Source: the human T2T-CHM13v2.0 reference genome, Homo sapiens
NCBI RefSeq assembly: GCF_009914755.1
Contig: NC_060927.1
DNA: 64,000 nucleotides
Reading direction: 5' to 3' (one strand)
The translations under genes and the position numbers were made by a program. Below the pieces are notes generated by a model, which ran no database searches, was not told the DNA's origin, and saw nothing but the letters and a program-made list of their open reading frames with translations. How positions within the stretch are numbered: position 1 is the stretch's first letter; each line of letters begins with the position of its first letter. This document shows positions 54,601 to 64,000 of this stretch, piece after piece.

Positions 54601-57600
54601 TGAGTTTCTAAGGTGCTCTATTGAAAGGAAGCTTCAACTCTGTGAGTTGAAGGTACACATCACAAAGAAGTTTCTGAGAATTCTTCTGTCTAGTTGTAAA
54701 TGAAGAAATCACGTTTCAAACGAAGGCCACAAAGAGGTCCAAATATCCACCTGCAGATTCTACAAAAAGAGTGTTTCCAAACTGCTCCATCAAGAGGAAT
54801 GTTCAACTCTGTGCGTTGAATGCAAATATCACAAATAAGTTTCTGACAATACTTCTGTCTAGTTTTTATGTGAAGATATTTCCTTTCCTACTGTAGGCCT
54901 CAAAACGCTCTAAATAAACACTTGCAAACTCCACAAAAAGAGTGTTTCCAAACTGCTCTATCAAACGAAGTTTAAACTCTGTCAGCTGAATGCAAGCATC
55001 ACAAAACAGCTTCGGAGAATGAATCTGCCTTGTTTTTCTGTGAAGATATTTCTTTTTCTGCCATAGACCTCAAACCGCTGTAAAAATCCACTTGGAAATT
55101 CTACAAAAAGAGGATGTCAAAACTCTTCTATCGAAAGGAAGTTTCAATTCCATGAGTTAAATGCACATATCACAAATAATTTTCTGAGGATTCTTCTTTC
55201 AAGTTTTATATGAAGAAATCCCGTTTCCAAACATGGCCTCAGAAAAGTCCCAATATACACTTGCAGATTCTACAGAAAGAGTTTTTCAAAACTGCTCTAT
55301 CAACAGAAAGGTTAAACTCTGTGAGTTGAAGGCACACATCACAAAGTAGTTTCTGAGAATCATTCTGTCTAGTTTTTCTATGAAGATATTGCCTTTTCCA
55401 CCATAGGCCTCAAACGGCGCTAAATATCCACTTGGAAATTCTACAAAAATAGGGTTACAAAACTGCTCTATCGAAAGGAAGCTTCAACTCTGCGAGTTGA
55501 AGCACACATCACAAAGAAGTTTATGAGAATTCTTCTGTCTACTTTTGTATGAAGCAGTCACGTTTCAAACGAAGGCCACAAAGACGTCCAAATATCCACT
55601 TGGAGATTCAACAAAAAGAGTTTTACAAAACTGCTCCATCAAGAGGAATATTCAACTCTGAGAGTTGAAGGCAGGTATCACAAAGTAGTTTCCGACAATG
55701 CTTCTATCAAGATTTTATGTGAAGACATTCCCTTTTGTACCACAGGCCTGAAAGCACTCTAAAGATAGAATAGCAAATTCCACAAAAAGAGGGTTTAAAA
55801 CCGCTCTATCCAACGAAAGGTTAAACTCTGTCAGCTGAATGCGCACATCTCAGAGTAGCTTCAGAGAACAATTATGTCTAGTCTTTCTGGGAAGATATTT
55901 TCTCTTCTACATAGGCCTGAAACCACTCTAAATATTCACTTGGAAATTCTACAAAAAGAATACTTCAACACTCTTCCATCAAAAGGAAGGTTGAACTCTG
56001 AGAGTTAAACGCACACATCACAGAGAAGTTTCTGAGAATTCTTCTGTCAAGGTTTATATGAAGAAACCCCGTTTCCAATGAAGGCCTCAAAAAAGTCCAA
56101 AGATTTACTTGCAGATTCTACAAAAAGAGTGTTTCATAAACTGGTCTATCAAAAGAAAGTTTAAACTCAGTGAGTTGAACCCACACATCACAAAGTAGCT
56201 TCTGAGAATCATTCTGTCTAGTCCTCCTATGAAGATATTGCCTTTTCTACCATAGGCCTCAAACGGCGCTAAATATCCACCTGGAAATTCTACAAAAACT
56301 GAGTTTCTAAGGTGCTCTATTGAAAGGAAGCTTCAACTCTGTGAGTTGAAGGTACACATCACAAAGAAGTTTCTGAGAATTCTTCTGTCTAGTTGTAAAT
56401 GAAGAAATCACGTTTCAAACGAAGGCCACAAAGAGGTCCAAATATCCACCTGCAGATTCTACAAAAAGAGTGTTTCCAAACTGCTCCATCAAGAGGAATG
56501 TTCAACTCGGTGCGTTGAATGCAAATATCACAAATAAGTTTCTGACAATACTTCTGTCTAGTTTTTATGTGAAGATATTTCCTTTCCTACTGTAGGCCTC
56601 AAAACGCTCTAAATAAACACTTGCAAACTCCACAAAAAGAGTGTTTCCAAACTGCTCTATCAAAGGAAGTTTAAACTCTGTCAGCTGAATGCAAGCATCA
56701 CAAAACAGCTTCGGAGAATGAATCTGCCTAGTTTTTCTGTGAAGATATTTCTTTTTCTGCCAAAGACCTCAAACCGCTGTAAAAATCCACTTGGAAATTC
56801 TACAAAAAGAGGATGTCAAAACTCTTCTATCGAAAGGAAGTTTCAACTCCATGAGTTAAATGCAGATATCACAAATAATTTTCTGAGGATTCTTCTTTCA
56901 AGTTTTATATGAAGAAATCCCGTTTCCAAACATGGCCTCAGAAAAGCCCCACTATACACTTGCAGATTCTACAGAAAGAGTTTTTCAAAACTGCTCTATC
57001 AAAAGGAAGGTTAAACTCTGTGAGTTGAAGGCACACATCACAAATTAGTTTCTGAGAATCATTCTGTCTAGTTTCTCTATGAAGATATTGCCTTTTCCAC
57101 CATAGGCCTCAAACGGCGCTAAATATCCACTTGGAAATTCTACAAAAAGAGGGTTACAAAACTGCTCTATCGAAAGGAAGCTTCAACTCTGCGAGTTGAA
57201 AGCACACATCACGAAGAAGTTTATGAGAATTCTTCTGTCTACTTTTGTATGAAGCAGTCACATTTCAAACGAAGGCCACAAAGAGGTCCAAATATCCACT
57301 TGGAGATTCAACAAAAAGAGTTTTTCAAAACTGCTCCATCAAGAGGAATATTCAACTCTGAGAGTTGAAGGCAGGTATCACAAAGTAGTTTCCGACAATG
57401 CTTCTGTCTAGATTTTATGTGAAGACATTCCCTTTTGTACCAGAGGCCTGAAAGCACTCTAAAGATAGAATAGCAAATTCCACAAAAAGAGGGTTTAAAA
57501 CCGCTCTATCCAACGAAAGGTTAAACTCTGTCAGCTGAATGCGCACATCACAGAGTAGCTTCAGAGAACAATTATGTCTAGTCTTTCTGGGAAGATATTT

Positions 57601-60600
57601 TCTCTTCTACATAGGCCTGAAACCGCTCTAAATACTCACTTGGAAATTCTACAAAAAGAATACTTCAACACTCTTCCATCAAAAGGAAGGTTGAACTCTG
57701 AGAGTTAAACGCACACATCACAGAGAAGTTTCTGAGAATTCTTCTGTCAAGGTTTATATGAAGAAACCCCGTTTCCAATGAAGGCCTCAAAAAAGTCCAA
57801 AGATTTACTTGCAGATTCTACAAAAAGAGTGTTTCATAAACTGGTCTATCAAAAGAAAGGTTAAACTCAGTGAGTTGAACCCACACATCACAAAGTAGCT
57901 TCTGAGAATCATTCTGTCTAGTCCTCCTACGAAGATATTGCCTTTTCTACCATAGGCCTCAAACGGCGCTAAATATCCACCTGGAAATTCTACAAAAACT
58001 GAGTTTCTAAGGTGCTCTATTGAAAGGAAGCTTCAACTCTGTGAGTTGAAGGTACACATCACAAAGAAGTTTCTGAGAATTCTTCTGTCTAGTTGTAAAT
58101 GAAGAAATCACGTTTCAAACGAAGGCCACAAAGAGGTCCAAATATCCACCTGCAGATTCTACAAAAAGAGTGTTTCCAAACTGCTCCATCAAGAGGAATG
58201 TTCAACTCTGTGCGTTGAATGCAAATATCACAAATAAGTTTCTGACAATACTTCTGTCTAGTTTTTATGTGAAGATATTTCCTTTCCTACTGTAGGCCTC
58301 AAAACGCTCTAAATAAACACTTGCAAACTCCACAAAAAGAGTGTTTCCAAACTGCTCTATCAAACGAAGTTTAAACTCTGTCAGCTGAATGCAAGCATCA
58401 CAAAACAGCTTCGGAGAATGAATCTGCCTTGTTTTTCTGTGAAGATATTTCTTTTTCTGCCATAGACCTCAAACCGCTGTAAAAATCCACTTGGAAATTC
58501 TACAAAAAGAGGATGTCAAAACTCTTCTATCGAAAGGAAGTTTCAATTCCATGAGTTAAATGCACATATCACAAATAATTTTCTGAGGATTCTTCTTTCA
58601 AGTTTTATATGAAGAAATCCCGTTTCCAAACATGGCCTCAGAAAAGTCCCAATATACACTTGCAGATTCTACAGAAAGAGTTTTTCAAAACTGCTCTATC
58701 AACAGAAAGGTTAAACTCTGTGAGTTGAAGGCACACATCACAAAGTAGTTTCTGAGAATCATTCTGTCTAGTTTTTCTATGAAGATATTGCCTTTTCCAC
58801 CATAGGCCTCAAACGGCGCTAAATATCCACTTGGAAATTCTACAAAAATAGGGTTACAAAACTGCTCTATCGAAAGGAAGCTTCAACTCTGCGAGTTGAA
58901 GCACACATCACAAAGAAGTTTATGAGAATTCTTCTGTCTACTTTTGTATGAAGCAGTCACGTTTCAAACGAATGCCACAAAGACGTCCAAATATCCACTT
59001 GGAGATTCAACAAAAAGAGTTTTTCAAAACTGCTCCATCAAGAGGAATATTCAACTCTGAGAGTTGAAGGCAGGTATCACAAAGTAGTTTCCGACAATGC
59101 TTCTATCAAGATTTTATGTGAAGACATTCCCTTTTGTACCACAGGCCTGAAAGCACTCTAAAGATAGAATAGCAAATTCCACAAAAAGAGGGTTTAAAAC
59201 CGCTCTATCCAACGAAAGGTTAAACTCTGTCAGCTGAATGCGCACATCTCAGAGTAGCTTCAGAGAACAATTATGTCTAGTCTTTCTGGGAAGATATTTT
59301 CTCTTCTACATAGGCCTGAAACCACTCTAAATATTCACTTGGAAATTCTACAAAAAGAATACTTCAACACTCTTCCATCAAAAGGAAGGTTGAACTCTGA
59401 GAGTTAAACGCACACATCACAGAGAAGTTTCTGAGAATTCTTCTGTCAAGGTTTATATGAAGAAACCCCGTTTCCAATGAAGGCCTCAAAAAAGTCCAAA
59501 GATTTACTTGCAGATTCTACAAAAAGAGTGTTTCATAAACTGGTCTATCAAAAGAAAGTTTAAACTCAGTGAGTTGAACCCACACATCACAAAGTAGCTT
59601 CTGAGAATCATTCTGTCTAGTCCTCCTATGAAGATATTGCCTTTTCTACCATAGGCCTCAAACGGCGCTAAATATCCACCTGGAAATTCTACAAAAACTG
59701 AGTTTCTAAGGTGCTCTATTGAAAGGAAGCTTCAACTCTGTGAGTTGAAGGTACACATCACAAAGAAGTTTCTGAGAATTCTTCTGTCTAGTTGTAAATG
59801 AAGAAATCACGTTTCAAACGAAGGCCACAAAGAGGTCCAAATATCCACCTGCAGATTCTACAAAAAGAGTGTTTCCAAACTGCTCCATCAAGAGGAATGT
59901 TCAACTCGGTGCGTTGAATGCAAATATCACAAATAAGTTTCTGACAATACTTCTGTCTAGTTTTTATGTGAAGATATTTCCTTTCCTACTGTAGGCCTCA
60001 AAACGCTCTAAATAAACACTTGCAAACTCCACAAAAAGAGTGTTTCCAAACTGCTCTATCAAAGGAAGTTTAAACTCTGTCAGCTGAATGCAAGCATCAC
60101 AAAACAGCTTCGGAGAATGAATCTGCCTAGTTTTTCTGTGAAGATATTTCTTTTTCTGCCATAGACCTCAAACCGCTGTAAAAATCCACTTGGAAATTCT
60201 ACAAAAAGAGGATGTCAAAACTCTTCTATCGAAAGGAAGTTTCAACTCCATGAGTTAAATGCAGATATCACAAATAATTTTCTGAGGATTCTTCTTTCAA
60301 GTTTTATATGAAGAAATCCCGTTTCCAAACATGGCCTCAGAAAAGCCCCACTATACACTTGCAGATTCTACAGAAAGAGTTTTTCAAAACTGCTCTATCA
60401 AAAGGAAGGTTAAACTCTGTGAGTTGAAGGCACACATCACAAATTAGTTTCTGAGAATCATTCTGTCTAGTTTCTCTATGAAGATATTGCCTTTTCCACC
60501 ATAGGCCTCAAACGGCGCTAAATATCCACTTGGAAATTCTACAAAAAGAGGGTTACAAAACTGCTCTATCGAAAGGAAGCTTCAACTCTGCGAGTTGAAA

Positions 60601-63600
60601 GCACACATCACGAAGAAGTTTATGAGAATTCTTCTGTCTACTTTTGTATGAAGCAGTCACATTTCAAACGAAGGCCACAAAGAGGTCCAAATATCCACTT
60701 GGAGATTCAACAAAAAGAGTTTTTCAAAACTGCTCCATCAAGAGGAATATTCAACTCTGAGAGTTGAAGGCAGGTATCACAAAGTAGTTTCCGACAATGC
60801 TTCTGTCTAGATTTTATGTGAAGACATTCCCTTTTGTACCAGAGGCCTGAAAGCACTCTAAAGATAGAATAGCAAATTCCACAAAAAGAGGGTTTAAAAC
60901 CGCTCTATCCAACGAAAGGTTAAACTCTGTCAGCTGAATGCGCACATCACAGAGTAGCTTCAGAGAACAATTATGTCTAGTCTTTCTGGGAAGATATTTT
61001 CTCTTCTACATAGGCCTGAAACCGCTCTAAATACTCACTTCGAAATTCTACAAAAAGAATACTTCAACACTCTTCCATCAAAAGGAAGGTTGAACTCTGA
61101 GAGTTAAACGCACACATCACAGAGAAGTTTCTGAGAATTCTTCTGTCAAGGTTTATATGAAGAAACCCCGTTTCCAATGAAGGCCTCAAAAAAGTCCAAA
61201 GATTTACTTGCAGATTCTACAAAAAGAGTGTTTCATAAACTGGTCTATCAAAAGAAAGGTTAAACTCAGTGAGTTGAACCCACACATCACAAAGTAGCTT
61301 CTGAGAATCATTCTGTCTAGTCCTCCTACGAAGATATTGCCTTTTCTACCATAGGCCTCAAACGGCGCTAAATATCCACCTGGAAATTCTACAAAAACTG
61401 AGTTTCTAAGGTGCTCTATTGAAAGGAAGCTTCAACTCTGTGAGTTGAAGGTACACATCACAAAGAAGTTTCTGAGAATTCTTCTGTCTAGTTGTAAATG
61501 AAGAAATCACGTTTCAAACGAAGGCCACAAAGAGGTCCAAATATCCACCTGCAGATTCTACAAAAAGAGTGTTTCCAAACTGCTCCATCAAGAGGAATGT
61601 TCAACGCTGTGCGTTGAATGCAAATATCACAAATAAGTTTCTGACAATACTTCTGTCTAGTTTTTATGTGAAGATATTTCCTTTCCTACTGTAGGCCTCA
61701 AAACGCTCTAAATAAACACTTGCAAACTCCACAAAAAGAGTGTTTCCAAACTGCTCTATCAAACGAAGTTTAAACTCTGTCAGCTGAATGCAAGCATCAC
61801 AAAACAGCTTCGGAGAATGAATCTGCCTTGTTTTTCTGTGAAGATATTTCTTTTTCTGCCATAGACCTCAAACCGCTGTAAAAATCCACTTGGAAATTCT
61901 ACAAAAAGAGGATGTCAAAACTCTTCTATCGAAAGGAAGTTTCAATTCCATGAGTTAAATGCACATATCACAAATAATTTTCTGAGGATTCTTCTTTCAA
62001 GTTTTATATGAAGAAATCCCGTTTCCAAACATGGCCTCAGAAAAGTCCCAATATACACTTGCAGATTCTACAGAAAGAGTTTTTCAAAACTGCTCTATCA
62101 ACAGAAAGGTTAAACTCTGTGAGTTGAAGGCACACATCACAAAGTAGTTTCTGAGAATCATTCTGTCTAGTTTTTCTATGAAGATATTGCCTTTTCCACC
62201 ATAGGCCTCAAACGGCGCTAAATATCCACTTGGAAATTCTACAAAAATAGGGTTACAAAACTGCTCTATCGAAAGGAAGCTTCAACTCTGCGAGTTGAAG
62301 CACACATCACAAAGAAGTTTATGAGAATTCTTCTGTCTACTTTTGTATGAAGCAGTCACGTTTCAAACGAAGGCCACAAAGACGTCCAAATATCCACTTG
62401 GAGATTCAACAAAAAGAGTTTTACAAAACTGCTCCATCAAGAGGAATATTCAACTCTGAGAGTTGAAGGCAGGTATCACAAAGTAGTTTCCGACAATGCT
62501 TCTATCAAGATTTTATGTGAAGACATTCCCTTTTGTACCACAGGCCTGAAAGCACTCTAAAGATAGAATAGCAAATTCCACAAAAAGAGGGTTTAAAACC
62601 GCTCTATCCAACGAAAGGTTAAACTCTGTCAGCTGAATGCGCACATCTCAGAGTAGCTTCAGAGAACAATTATGTCTAGTCTTTCTGGGAAGATATTTTC
62701 TCTTCTACATAGGCCTGAAACCGCTCTAAATATTCACTTGGAAATTCTACAAAAAGAATACTTCAACACTCTTCCATCAAAAGGAAGGTTGAACTCTGAG
62801 AGTTAAACGCACACATCACAGAGAAGTTTCTGAGAATTCTTCTGTCAAGGTTTATATGAAGAAACCCCGTTTCCTATGAAGGCCTCAAAAAAGTCCAAAG
62901 ATTTACTTGCAGATTCTACAAAAAGAGTGTTTCATAAACTGGTCTATCAAAAGAAAGTTTAAACTCAGTGAGTTGAACCCACACATCACAAAGTAGCTTC
63001 TGAGAATCATTCTGTCTAGTCCTCCTATGAAGATATTGCCTTTTCTACCATAGGCCTCAAACGGCGCTAAATATCCACCTGGAAATTCTACAAAAACTGA
63101 GTTTCTAAGGTGCTCTATTGAAAGGAAGCTTCAACTCTGTGAGTTGAAGGTACACATCACAAAGAAGTTTCTGAGAATTCTTCTGTCTAGTTGTAAATGA
63201 AGAAATCACGTTTCAAACGAAGGCCACAAAGAGGTCCAAATATCCACCTGCAGATTCTACAAAAAGAGTGTTTCCAAACTGCTCCATCAAGAGGAATGTT
63301 CAACTCGGTGCGTTGAATGCAAATATCACAAATAAGTTTCTGACAATACTTCTGTCTAGTTTTTATGTGAAGATATTTCCTTTCCTACTGTAGGCCTCAA
63401 AACGCTCTAAATAAACACTTGCAAACTCCACAAAAAGAGTGTTTCCAAACTGCTCTATCAAAGGAAGTTTAAACTCTGTCAGCTGAATGCAAGCATCACA
63501 AAACAGCTTCGGAGAATGAATCTGCCTAGTTTTTCTGTGAAGATATTTCTTTTTCTGCCATAGACCTCAAACCGCTGTAAAAATCCACTTGGAAATTCTA

Positions 63601-64000
63601 CAAAAAGAGGATGTCAAAACTCTTCTATCGAAAGGAAGTTTCAACTCCATGAGTTAAATGCAGATATCACAAATAATTTTCTGAGGATTCTTCTTTCAAG
63701 TTTTATATGAAGAAATCCCGTTTCCAAACATGGCCTCAGAAAAGCCCCACTATACACTTGCAGATTCTACAGAAAGAGTTTTTCAAAACTGCTCTATCAA
63801 AAGGAAGGTTAAACTCTGTGAGTTGAAGGCACACATCACAAATTAGTTTCTGAGAATCATTCTGTCTAGTTTCTCTATGAAGATATTGCCTTTTCCACCA
63901 TAGGCCTCAAACGGCGCTAAATATCCACTTGGAAATTCTACAAAAAGAGGGTTACAAAACTGCTCTATCGAAAGGAAGCTTCAACTCTGCGAGTTGAAAG
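48691..64000 (-). repeat. Right HOR haplotype block organised as a 3399-bp (20-monomer) super-HOR, ~4.5 copies
   Basis: Fixed diagnostic variants include AAAGATAGAATAGC, CCAACGAAAGG, GTCTTTCTGGG, CATAAACTGG (+1 bp), GTTTCTAAGG, AATAAACAC, AGGATGTC and CCAAACATGG. GACGTC occurs at 48785, 52184, 55583, 58982 and 62381, an exact 3399-bp spacing. Confidence 0.92.
50291..50307 (+). promoter_or_regulatory. Near-consensus pJalpha motif in M2 of the right haplotype (recurs in each right-block unit)
   Basis: TGCCTTTTCCACCATAG is one mismatch from TTCCTTTTYCACCRTAG. The central haplotype has CGCCTTCTCCACCATAG. Protein binding cannot be shown from the sequence. Confidence 0.55.

Larger units (their letters stand above)
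1..64000 (-). repeat. Alpha satellite (alphoid) higher-order repeat array, 10-mer, ~1699 bp unit
   Basis: Tandem ~170-bp monomers carry alphoid hallmark motifs (GAAGTTTCTGAGAAT, AACTCTGTGAGTTGAA, CACATCACAAAG, TTCTACAAAAAGAG). The unit start AAATCCCGTTTCCAAA (or a variant) recurs at 1, 1700, 3399, 5098, 6797, 8496, 11043, 12742, 14440, 16139, 17838, 19536, 21235, 22934, 24633, 26332, 28031, 29730, 31429, 33128, 34827, 36526, 38224, 39923, 41621, 43320, 45019, 46718, 48417, 50117, 51817, 53516, 55216, 56915, 58615, 60314, 62014 and 63713. CENP-B-box-like sites read in their conventional orientation on the minus strand. Confidence 0.99.

Noticed and set aside
501-56912. All 24 ORFs of 64-95 aa in the ORF track
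   Set aside because: They lie entirely within satellite monomers, recur with HOR periodicity, and open or close with single SNVs or indels. They resemble no protein family I recognise and have no gene structure. They are useful only as haplotype markers.
1-64000. CRISPR-like or other repeat-spacer system
   Set aside because: There are no unique spacers and no cas genes. The sequence between conserved motifs is itself periodic alphoid DNA.
1-64000. Transposon insertion (Alu/L1), inversion or non-alphoid island
   Set aside because: All unit lengths are accounted for (1698-1700 bp, one 2547 bp) and the orientation never changes. No poly-A tails or foreign sequence were seen.

Overview
The whole 64 kb window is one uninterrupted, single-orientation array of primate (human-like) centromeric alpha satellite. 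The conventional alphoid strand is the minus strand. The ~170-bp monomers form a 10-monomer higher-order repeat (HOR) of 1699 bp (1698-1700 bp with indels), built from two related pentamers with the box pattern B-A-B-A-A / B-A-B-A-A. I count 37 complete units (36 ten-mers and one 2547-bp 15-mer) plus a partial unit from 63713. No credible genes, RNA genes, transposons or CRISPR arrays are present; every listed ORF is a by-product of the satellite. None of the four B-type monomers has an intact CENP-B box in the copies I read, which suggests an inactive, flanking HOR array. What is interesting is structural and evolutionary. A half-register (pentamer) recombination made a hybrid monomer 8/3 at ~9.7 kb, right at a haplotype border. 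Several nested multi-HOR duplications (3397-3399 bp and 5096 bp) are visible. An abrupt in-register switch at ~48.7 kb leads to a different haplotype that has become a regular 20-mer super-HOR. There are also long-range conversion-like patches and one clustered mutation tract. I found no evidence of a new protein-based system. The chromosome cannot be assigned from the sequence alone. All variant calls were made by eye.
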